Positions 31,519-38,998 of a stretch of DNA of 64,000 bases are shown piece after piece. Source of the stretch: an uncultured Lachnospiraceae bacterium (lineage in GTDB: Bacteria > Bacillota > Clostridia > Lachnospirales > Lachnospiraceae); the NCBI GenBank assembly GCA_946547315.1, contig CAMNOY010000002.1, positions 13,878 to 77,877 on the forward strand. Reading direction: 5' to 3'. The stretch's first letter is position 1; every line of letters begins with the position of its first letter. Both the position numbers and the translations under genes were made by a program. The notes beneath the pieces are model-generated. The model worked only from the letters and a program-made list of their open reading frames with translations, did not search any database and had not been told where the DNA came from.

Positions 31519-31713
31519 TCAAGAATAATCATCCAGGCCCTGATGAAGCGTCGGAACACTGCACGCGAGCGGCGTTCTCGAACAATCGGTACACCCCATC
31601 GTCTCTGTGCTTCTGTTTTCTGTCTGCGTTTCATCGACATCTACGTTCAAATGTCCGACTCCGCTTTCGACAGAACCGTCAAGTAATGCTACGAGATCAT
31701 CAATCTGATCCAT
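31519..31713 (-). CDS. 64-aa degenerate GrcA-like paralog lacking the glycine-radical loop, Cys-containing tail
   Basis: MDQIDDLVALLDGSVESGVGHLNVDV aligns with [24 protein letters not shown] of the next ORF (15/24 identical). GGAGG RBS 7 nt before the ATG at 31713. Whether it is expressed is unproven. Confidence 0.5.
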   Translation of the reverse strand: MDQIDDLVALLDGSVESGVGHLNVDVDETQTENRSTETMGCTDCSRTPLACSVPTLHQGLDDYS

Positions 31714-31741
31714 AAATGTCACCTCCTGTCAAATATAAATA

Positions 31742-33781
31742 TTATTTATTAAGATCTAACTCTATATCACCTGCAAATACCTTGTCTTCCTTACCGAGAG
31801 CACCGGGGATGATAGTAAATGTATTTGAGATACCATCCTGTGCATCGTTGAACGGAAGCTTTGCTACAGATGAAAGTGATGCGATAGCACCATGTGTATC
31901 ACGACCGTGCATCGGGTTAGCTCCGGGTGCGAAAGGCTGTCCTGCGCGACGTCCGTCAGGTGTGTTACCTGTTGCCTTACCGTATGTAACGTTTGATGTG
32001 ATTGTAAGGATAGACGTTGTAGGAATACCGTTCCTGTATGTATGATGACGTCTTACTGCTGTCATGAACTTGTGAACAACTTCCTTGGCAATAAGGTCTA
32101 CACGGTCATCATCATTACCGTACTTAGGGAAGTCTCCCGTGATCTTGAAGTCTGTAATGATTCCGTCCTCATCTCTGATACACTCAACCTTTGCATACTT
32201 CATGGCTGAGAATGAGTCAGCTACGATTGACAGACCTGCGATACCTGTTGCAAAGTATCTCTTTACATCCTTGTCATGAAGAGCCATCTCTGCTCTCTCA
32301 TAGCAGTATTTGTCATGCATGTAATGAATGATGTTAAGAGTATTAACATAAACATCAGCCTGCCACTCCATCATATCGATGAACAGATCCATTACCTTAT
32401 CATAGTCAAGAACGTCTCCGTCATAAGGACGATACTTAGGACCTACCTGCTTCTTGGTCTTCTCATCGATACCGCCGTTAAGAGCGTACAGGAGACACTT
32501 AGCAAGGTTAGCACGAGCTCCGAAGAACTGCATTTCCTTACCGATAACCATTGAAGATACGCAGCAAGCGATACCGTAATCATCGCCGTGAACAGGTCTC
32601 ATAAGGTCATCATTCTCGTACTGGATAGATGATGTCGTGATTGATGTCTTAGCACAGAACTTCTTGAAGTTCTGAGGAAGTCTTGTTGACCAGAGAACCG
32701 TAAGGTTGGGCTCGGGAGCTGCACCGAGGTTCTCAAGAGTGTGAAGATAACGGAAGCTCATCTTGGTTACCATATGACGTCCGTCAACACCCATACCGCC
32801 GATAGACTCTGTTACCCAAACGGGATCGCCGGCGAATATCTGGTTATATTCAGGTGTACGTGCGAACTTAACGCAACGAAGCTTCATAATAAAGTGATCT
32901 ACGAACTCCTGAATCTGCTCTTCGGTAAATGTACCGTTCTTGAGGTCACGCTCTGCATAGCAGTCAATGAATGTTGAAGTACGTCCGAGTGACATTGCGG
33001 CACCGTTCTGCTCCTTAACCGCGCAAAGATATCCGAAGTATGTAGCCTGAATTGCTTCCTGAACGTTTGTAGCAGGCTTGCTGATATCGCATCCGTATGA
33101 AGCAGCCATTTCCTTCATCATCTTAAGAGCTGTCATCTGCTCTGATAATTCTTCACGAAGACGGATAACATCATCTGTCATAACGCGGCCTGTTGAATCT
33201 TTCTGAGCCTGCTTGTCCTCGAGAAGAAAATCAATACCGTAAAGAGCAACTCTTCTGTAGTCACCGATGATACGTCCTCTTCCGTATGCATCGGGAAGAC
33301 CTGTGATGATATGTGATGTACGGCAAGCTCTCATCTCCTGGTTGTAAGCATCAAAACAACCTGCATTGTGAGTCTTGCGGTGTGTTGAGAAGAACTCGCT
33401 TATCTCGGGATCAACCTCATAACCGTTGTCCGAGCAAGCCTTCTCTGCCATACGGATACCGCCGTAAGGCTGAAGTGAACGCTTGAAAGGCTTATCTGTC
33501 TGGAAACCTACGATAGTCTCTTTGCTCTTATCAAGGTATCCGGGACCATGAGAAGTGATGGTTGAAACAACCTTGGTGTCCATATCAAGAACGCCGCCGT
33601 TCTCTCTTTCCTTCTTCTGAAGGTCAAGAACCATCTTCCACAAGTCTTTTGTGTTCTGTGTAGGTCCTGCAAGGAATGAATCATCTCCGTCATAAGGAGT
33701 GTAATTCTTCTGAATGAAGTCACGTACGTTGACTTCGCTTTCCCACTTGCCGCCTACGAAACCATTCCATTCTGATCTCAT
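31742..33781 (-). CDS. pflB: pyruvate formate-lyase catalytic chain, C-terminally truncated (no glycyl-radical domain)
   Basis: 679 aa with the PFL N-terminus and active-site GIACCVSS. It ends at ...[12 protein letters not shown] plus an 11-aa unrelated tail. GGAGG RBS. Confidence 0.9.
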   Translation of the reverse strand: MRSEWNGFVGGKWESEVNVRDFIQKNYTPYDGDDSFLAGPTQNTKDLWKMVLDLQKKERENGGVLDMDTKVVSTITSHGPGYLDKSKETIVGFQTDKPFKRSLQPYGGIRMAEKACSDNGYEVDPEISEFFSTHRKTHNAGCFDAYNQEMRACRTSHIITGLPDAYGRGRIIGDYRRVALYGIDFLLEDKQAQKDSTGRVMTDDVIRLREELSEQMTALKMMKEMAASYGCDISKPATNVQEAIQATYFGYLCAVKEQNGAAMSLGRTSTFIDCYAERDLKNGTFTEEQIQEFVDHFIMKLRCVKFARTPEYNQIFAGDPVWVTESIGGMGVDGRHMVTKMSFRYLHTLENLGAAPEPNLTVLWSTRLPQNFKKFCAKTSITTSSIQYENDDLMRPVHGDDYGIACCVSSMVIGKEMQFFGARANLAKCLLYALNGGIDEKTKKQVGPKYRPYDGDVLDYDKVMDLFIDMMEWQADVYVNTLNIIHYMHDKYCYERAEMALHDKDVKRYFATGIAGLSIVADSFSAMKYAKVECIRDEDGIITDFKITGDFPKYGNDDDRVDLIAKEVVHKFMTAVRRHHTYRNGIPTTSILTITSNVTYGKATGNTPDGRRAGQPFAPGANPMHGRDTHGAIASLSSVAKLPFNDAQDGISNTFTIIPGALGKEDKVFAGDIELDLNK

Positions 33782-33855
33782 TGTAACGCCTCCTAAAAAT
33801 TTGTTATAAATAATTTATAAATCCGTCATGCGGACAGTTTCTTTTGGTAATTGTT

Positions 33856-33884
33856 ATTATATTTTCAGATTGTATACACGTCAA
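33856..33884 (-). promoter_or_regulatory. sigma-A promoter of pfl locus
   Basis: Minus strand reads TTGACG-17 nt-TATAAT, about 75 nt upstream of the pflB ATG. Confidence 0.65.
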
Positions 33885-33979
33885 GGTGGAGAACTGTATT
33901 TTTTTGCGTACATTTTGCCTTATTTTTAGTATATTACCACTTCCTTATGACTGCCTTCTCGCTCCCGGAAAAGTAATCT

Positions 33980-34008
33980 TTGACCTCTAATGTGATAAAT
34001 GTTAAAAT
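33980..34008 (+). promoter_or_regulatory. sigma-A promoter of rubredoxin-FprA operon
   Basis: TTGACC-17 nt-TAAAAT, about 58 nt upstream of the rubredoxin ATG. Confidence 0.6.
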
Positions 34009-34066
34009 AAAAACCACCCGGAGCCGTTACAGGCTTCTAAATTCAATTAGCAAAAGGAGGAACGAT

Positions 34067-34231
34067 ATGGACAAATATTTTTGCAATCCCTGCGGTTACA
34101 CTTATGATCCCGAAAAAGGTGATCCCGAACACGGAATAGCTCCCGGAACGGCATTTGAGGACCTCCCTGATGATTGGGTATGCCCTAATTGCGGAATTAC
34201 CAAAGATATGTTTATGAAAGTTATCGAGTAA
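34067..34231 (+). CDS. rubredoxin
   Basis: 54 aa, CNPCGY...CPNCG. AAAGGAGG RBS. The track ORF start at 33980 is spurious. Confidence 0.92.
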   Translation: MDKYFCNPCGYTYDPEKGDPEHGIAPGTAFEDLPDDWVCPNCGITKDMFMKVIE

Positions 34232-34244
34232 GCAAGGTATCATC

Positions 34245-35411
34245 ATGAATATTTCAGAAAGCATTAAATATGTTGGAGTTTCCGACGCAACTATAGATCT
34301 GTTCGAAAGCCAGTATGAAATGCAAAGCGGTATGCTCTACAATTCATACATAATATTCGATGATAAGATCGCAATTACAGATACGGTTGATAAACGTGCC
34401 GTGGATGAGTGGATCGCAAACGTAAAAAATGTTTTAAAGGATAAGAAACCTTCTTATCTGATCATTCATCATCTTGAGCCCGATCACTCCGCCGGAATAC
34501 TCAAACTTCACGAATTGTATCCTGAAATGAAGCTGGTAGGTAACGCCAAAACATTCCAGTTGCTTCCCCAGTTTTTCGATGAAGATTTAAGTTCACTGTA
34601 TGAAACGGTTGCCGACGGTGCCGAATTGTCCCTCGGAGGGCATACGCTTAAGTTCTTCACTGCTCCCATGGTTCACTGGCCCGAAGTAATGCTCAGTTTC
34701 GAGACATCGGAAGGTATTCTGTTTTCCGCCGATGCATTCGGGAAATTCGGAATAGAAACTGATACCGATGACTGGGCCTGCGAAGCCAGAAGATATTACT
34801 TTAACATAGTCGGAAAATACGGGGCCATGGTACAGGCTCTCTTAAAAAAGCTCGCAAATGCCGGGGTAGTCGATAACTGCAAAACTATCTGCCCTCTTCA
34901 CGGACCTGTGCTTAAGGATAATCTCGAATACTATATCGGATTATACGATACATGGAGCAGTTACAAACCTGAAGACGAGGGCATTCTTATAGCCTGCGCT
35001 TCGATTCACGGCAATACCCGGAAGGCTGCCGAGTATCTGCGTGACAAACTGGAAGAACTCGGAGCTTCGAAAGTTGTTCTTACTGATGTATGCCGCTCGG
35101 ATGTTGCCGAGATTATAGAAGATGCCTTCAGATATGATCGCATGGTTTTGATGTCATCATCATATGATGCAGGTCTTTTCCCTCCCATGGAAACTTTCCT
35201 TCATCATCTTGCCGCCAAGAAATACTGCAACCGCCGCGTAGCTCTCATCCAGAACGGAACATGGGCTCCTTCCGCAGCAAAATGTATGCAGTTAATACTG
35301 GAGCCACTGCAGGGCATCGAATATGTTGGTGATGTTATCACTATAAAAACAACTCTCTCCGAAGAAAATCGGACGCAAATCCATGATCTTGCGCAGAAGC
35401 TGATCGGGTAG
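34245..35411 (+). CDS. FprA-family flavodiiron protein (metallo-beta-lactamase-like + flavodoxin-like domains)
   Basis: [10 protein letters not shown] diiron motif plus a C-terminal flavodoxin fold, 388 aa, adjacent to rubredoxin. Confidence 0.85.
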   Translation: MNISESIKYVGVSDATIDLFESQYEMQSGMLYNSYIIFDDKIAITDTVDKRAVDEWIANVKNVLKDKKPSYLIIHHLEPDHSAGILKLHELYPEMKLVGNAKTFQLLPQFFDEDLSSLYETVADGAELSLGGHTLKFFTAPMVHWPEVMLSFETSEGILFSADAFGKFGIETDTDDWACEARRYYFNIVGKYGAMVQALLKKLANAGVVDNCKTICPLHGPVLKDNLEYYIGLYDTWSSYKPEDEGILIACASIHGNTRKAAEYLRDKLEELGASKVVLTDVCRSDVAEIIEDAFRYDRMVLMSSSYDAGLFPPMETFLHHLAAKKYCNRRVALIQNGTWAPSAAKCMQLILEPLQGIEYVGDVITIKTTLSEENRTQIHDLAQKLIG

Positions 35412-35506
35412 GCTTTTATCTTGACTATCCGTTACAAAAATGCTACCCTTACAACTGTCCGAAAATCATTCGGTCGTGGCTCTCAAGAATAGTTGGAGGT
35501 AATATC

Positions 35507-35698
35507 ATGGAAATCACAAAGGATATGACTATAGGCGAGATAATCGTCAATAAACCCGAAGTTGCGCCGATTCTTATGGAAGCCGGAATGCACTGTCTCG
35601 GATGTCCGTCAGCCAGAGGCGAATCTCTTGAAGAGGCTGCTATGGTTCATGGAATGGATATTGATGATCTTATGGGTAAAATATCGGCACTCGCTTAA
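35507..35698 (+). CDS. DUF1858 / hybrid-cluster-protein-associated redox disulfide protein
   Basis: 63 aa with a GMHCLGCP motif. GGAGG RBS. Confidence 0.7.
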   Translation: MEITKDMTIGEIIVNKPEVAPILMEAGMHCLGCPSARGESLEEAAMVHGMDIDDLMGKISALA

Positions 35699-35710
35699 GA
35701 ATATCAAAAC

Positions 35711-35746
35711 AAAAAGAGCTGCAGACGTAGTCTGCGGCTCTTTTTT
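35711..35746. terminator. bidirectional intrinsic terminator (DUF1858 gene / mecA)
   Basis: 11-bp stem GAGCTGCAGAC-gta-GTCTGCGGCTC flanked by A5 and T6. Confidence 0.8.
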
Positions 35747-35762
35747 GTAACGGGCAATCTAT

Positions 35763-36509
35763 CTACGAAAGAAGTGTCTCTATCGCATTATCGGCAACGA
35801 TACAGTTATTATGCTCTTCAAAGAATGCTTCCGTTGCAGGTGTTGATCTCTCCATTGTCCCGTATTCGGACAAGACATTACATATCCTGTTGAATTCTTC
35901 GGTAGTATGATCACCCTTGGAAAGAGCCAGGACGTAGCAGTCATCATTTTCATCATGGTAAAGAGAGTTCTTCCCTTTGTAAAACTTTGATACCACTCCT
36001 GCCGCTTTGATAACATCCGCAAGAGAATCAAACGCAAATGCCCTTGAAAGTTCAACGGCAGCGTTAGCCTGCTCTATAAGCTTTTCCTTGGCTTCTTCCA
36101 GAAGCTCGGGATTCTTGGTGACTTCCTGAGAAAGTTTCTTGAAAAGATCAAGTACCTCCGGCATCTCTTCCGAAACCGAGCGGAAAAGTTCGGAAATGGC
36201 ATCATCCTCTTCATCCCTGATATTAGGAGCAAAATTGGCGAACCTTGTATCAAGTTCGTCCGGATCCTCTACCTTCGTGATTATAAGTATAATAGATTCC
36301 GATGACAAAGGAATCGCCTCGATCATAAGCGGAATATCATTAGCTTCAAATCCAAGTTCATAAGAGGCCTGCTGCATCATGTCACGGAACAGGTTCTTCG
36401 CCTTTTCCGTCCCATAGGCAAGCTCTGAAAGCTTTAACTGTCTGTCAGCAAGATCTGCTTTTGTAAGAGTACATCTGATCTGGTGGTCATTAACTCGTTC
36501 CAGTTTCAT
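35763..36509 (-). CDS. mecA: adaptor protein MecA
   Basis: 248 aa, MKLERVNDHQIRCTLTKADL...MecA family. GGAGGTGA RBS. Confidence 0.85.
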   Translation of the reverse strand: MKLERVNDHQIRCTLTKADLADRQLKLSELAYGTEKAKNLFRDMMQQASYELGFEANDIPLMIEAIPLSSESIILIITKVEDPDELDTRFANFAPNIRDEEDDAISELFRSVSEEMPEVLDLFKKLSQEVTKNPELLEEAKEKLIEQANAAVELSRAFAFDSLADVIKAAGVVSKFYKGKNSLYHDENDDCYVLALSKGDHTTEEFNRICNVLSEYGTMERSTPATEAFFEEHNNCIVADNAIETLLS

Positions 36510-36542
36510 GTTGTCACCTCCGTTCCATCAGAATTAATATAT

Positions 36543-36571
36543 TTTATATATCGTCATATGGTAAATGTCAA
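36543..36571 (-). promoter_or_regulatory. sigma-A promoter of mecA
   Basis: Minus strand reads TTGACA-17 nt-TATAAA, about 35 nt upstream of the mecA ATG. Confidence 0.6.
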
Positions 36572-36662
36572 ATTATATTTATTTTACACAAAATATTTGT
36601 ATATTCTGTGAATTAATCACCTCGCTATGATTCGAATTGCCATAATGTACAATATCTAGTAC

Positions 36663-36691
36663 TTGTCATATTGTATTTTATCGTGTACAAT
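36663..36691 (+). promoter_or_regulatory. orphan near-consensus sigma-A promoter (divergent from mecA promoter)
   Basis: TTGTCA-17 nt-TACAAT on the plus strand, with no plus-strand ORF downstream. Confidence 0.55.
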
Positions 36692-36698
36692 CCAACTC

Positions 36699-36788
36699 AA
36701 GATCGCTCCTTCGCAATATGTGGCGAAAGGAGGGTAGTTAAATATCATATTTCTTATCTATATTGTAAGATATATGTCTGTTTTTTTC
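36699..36788 (+). ncRNA. candidate ~90-nt small RNA (promoter + 2 hairpins + U7)
   Basis: Hairpin 1 is CTCCTTCGC-aatatgtg-GCGAAAGGAG (36706-36732). Hairpin 2 is CATATTTCTTA-tctatattg-TAAGATATATG (36746-36776), followed by tctg and then TTTTTTT (36781-36787). No start codon follows the internal GGAGG. Confidence 0.4.
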
Positions 36789-37107
36789 CAGTAGATTTCC
36801 TGTGACGACAGGGGATTTGCACATATCAGGAGTTTCTTATCGGGTAATCCCCGAATTAATCGAACAATTAACAATCTTTCGATAACTCCCCGTTTTATAA
36901 TGTAAATTGGTTGTCCGTAATCAGATTCAAACTTACTTGTGCAACCTAAAAGCAAAAGTATACCCCACACGCGAAGTCCGATCTTGAAATGAATTGTATC
37001 ACAGTACCTGAAACTATTGCGGTACCTTTACCGGCAACCGGGCATGTGTATCATCAATAAACAGAGTTTCCCGAAACCTTTTACACTGCCCGGCTGCTGT
37101 AATCATA

Positions 37108-38877
37108 TCATTTATAATATTCGTCTATAATTTGGAAAGCCTCTTCCGTTCCGAATGCCAGTTGCCAAACTGCGGCTCCGCCTATGTCATGAGCCTTCAT
37201 AACATCAAGCTTCGCCTGAATTGATTTGATGTCTTCAAGCCATATTTTGTTTGTACCTTCCGAAGTTTTCCATTCCGCGTAATTCTGACCGCTTGCCTCG
37301 TCCCACTCCGGCACCGCACCCGCTGCCGTTACGGTTTCGAGCCCCTTTGTCATCGTAAGAGTCTGCATATCCAATATGTTTTCATTGTCATCGACAATCC
37401 AGTATCTGACATAGAATGGGAGTGCATTTACGATTTTCTCCTTTGGAACCTCTTCAAGAGTCTTTTCTATTCCTTCCATGACAAAATCCAGAGATGCCAC
37501 CGAGCCCGCCTCTTCCGACGCAGCCGTATGTTCATCGTATCCCATTATAATCACATAATCGGCAAATATACCCTGTTCCTTGCGGTTATAATGCATAGAG
37601 TATTCCTTGGGAACATAGTTATCCACCGAGACTACAAGGTTTCTGGAATGAGCCTTTAATGAGAATTCCCTTATAAACTGAATATACGACGGTCCCACAT
37701 CTGACGGTACCGATTCAAAGTCTATGTTTATTCCGTCAAGATTATACTGTGCCGCATAGTTTAACAACTGCTCCGTAACATAATCTCTTTTTTCCGGATA
37801 TGGCAATATCTCCCCCAAACTCACTTCCGGATATGTCAGGTTGCTGACAAGCCCCCAGACTTTCACTCCCTTCGCATGGCACGTTTCCACATATGCCGAT
37901 GAAGCAATGGATTCCACCGTACCTTCATTGTCAGCCAGAGCGAACCACGTCGGCGAGATCGTGTTTATATACGGAAGAAATTTTTCATTCTCCTTAAGAT
38001 ACTGTGTCGAATTCTCATTTGTGACATTATGCCACGCAAGTATCACCGGCTGCGTGTAGTCGGCAACAGGGGTTACAGTTATGGGAGCAACATCGGTTAC
38101 AGGGGTTTCCGGACGGTCATACTTCTCCCCCAGGTGTTTAGTTTCAACATATCCTGTAATAAGATCATCCGTTGTGACCTTTACCCATTTTTCGTTTTCC
38201 GAAGCTACGATAACAACCGTATTCCCCTCCCGCAGCTTCTTTAATATGTCACCCTCTTTGTCTGCAATGGTTCTGACAGCTATATCATCCTCTATAACAT
38301 CCGCTACTACATCGGTTCCCCACTCGGTTTTGATACACGCACGGTATGGCTCTCCTCCCCCGCCGTACAGCTTATAATCAAAGTTTGTGAATATCCTGAC
38401 ATAGTCAAGACATACCATCAGCGTATCTCCGTTTTTGTAGCAGATCTGATATCCGGTCTGGGTGCCGTTACCGTCAAGTGTATAATAATTATCCTGAAGA
38501 TTGGCAGCATAGACCCCTTCACCCGTTGTGTACAGGAGACGGTCATCTGTCTGCTCCCAGTAAAAATTCCCGTTATATTTTTCAATAACTGTCTCATAAG
38601 GAATATACAGCTTACCATCTTTTACCGTGATCTTATCATCAGTTACCTCTCCGTTTTCCACAACGGAAGCAGTATCATTAGATGTTGTCTTGAAATAACT
38701 GTTAAGATCAGCCATCCTGCTTGAATAACCCCAGTCATCAAATAACCCGGTACTCTTTGCAACAAGCAGTATAATCCCGATAAGTGCTATCGCTATTACA
38801 ACAGGCAGAACCGCCTGTAGGATTTTTCTTCTGCGTCGGCGCCTGCGCCTTGACTCTTTTGATCCGTTATATGCCAT
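37108..38877 (-). CDS. GH18 family glycosyl hydrolase (YaaH/YdhD-like) with N-terminal TM anchor
   Basis: 589 aa, LDGINIDFE catalytic motif (DxxDxDxE type). GGAG RBS directly after repeat copy C. Confidence 0.82.
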   Translation of the reverse strand: MAYNGSKESRRRRRRRRKILQAVLPVVIAIALIGIILLVAKSTGLFDDWGYSSRMADLNSYFKTTSNDTASVVENGEVTDDKITVKDGKLYIPYETVIEKYNGNFYWEQTDDRLLYTTGEGVYAANLQDNYYTLDGNGTQTGYQICYKNGDTLMVCLDYVRIFTNFDYKLYGGGGEPYRACIKTEWGTDVVADVIEDDIAVRTIADKEGDILKKLREGNTVVIVASENEKWVKVTTDDLITGYVETKHLGEKYDRPETPVTDVAPITVTPVADYTQPVILAWHNVTNENSTQYLKENEKFLPYINTISPTWFALADNEGTVESIASSAYVETCHAKGVKVWGLVSNLTYPEVSLGEILPYPEKRDYVTEQLLNYAAQYNLDGINIDFESVPSDVGPSYIQFIREFSLKAHSRNLVVSVDNYVPKEYSMHYNRKEQGIFADYVIIMGYDEHTAASEEAGSVASLDFVMEGIEKTLEEVPKEKIVNALPFYVRYWIVDDNENILDMQTLTMTKGLETVTAAGAVPEWDEASGQNYAEWKTSEGTNKIWLEDIKSIQAKLDVMKAHDIGGAAVWQLAFGTEEAFQIIDEYYK

Positions 38878-38891
38878 TATTTATCTCCATT

Positions 38892-38998
38892 CCCCTATCA
38901 GCCTATTCAAGGAGTGTCGCGCATTATAATCGCCTTCGGCGATAGGCGCTCCACGTGCAGTCAGGGTCCCACCGCTTTCGCGGTCCCCCCTATCAGCC
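38892..38998 (-). repeat. stop-codon-abutting structured repeat, copy C (acyl-CoA synthetase / GH18 intercistronic)
   Basis: Same core as copies A and B, with about 6 substitutions plus a 1-nt insertion. 14-bp direct repeat cccctatcagccta at both ends (period 95). Confidence 0.9.

Noticed and set aside
31489-31777. A group I or other self-splicing intron interrupting pflB.
   Set aside because: Both downstream pieces have strong GGAGG RBSs and ATG starts. The insert contains a diverged protein-level duplicate of the next ORF rather than recognisable P3-P9 elements. The insertion point is in a poorly conserved linker. This is not fully excluded without cDNA, so it is listed as a refutation route for the split-PFL finding.
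36799-36812. The small hairpin CCTGT-GACG-ACAGG as a guanidine-II (mini-ykkC) module.
   Set aside because: The ACGR loop register does not give a stable stem. There is only one hairpin instead of two, and no downstream plus-strand gene.
36881-36905. A dif-like XerD arm (TAATGTAAATT against the TTATGTAAACT of the Bacillus dif as I remember it).
   Set aside because: The left (XerC) arm does not match. The window is origin-proximal in character (dnaB, rplI, ssb, rpsF) with no switch in gene orientation, so a terminus site is implausible.
36758-36970. A 70-aa minus-strand ORF in the mecA-upstream gap (MWGILLLLGC...), superficially lipobox-like.
   Set aside because: It has a GTG start with no RBS, no charged n-region before the hydrophobic stretch, and an odd composition. 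It most likely arises by chance in a non-coding region.
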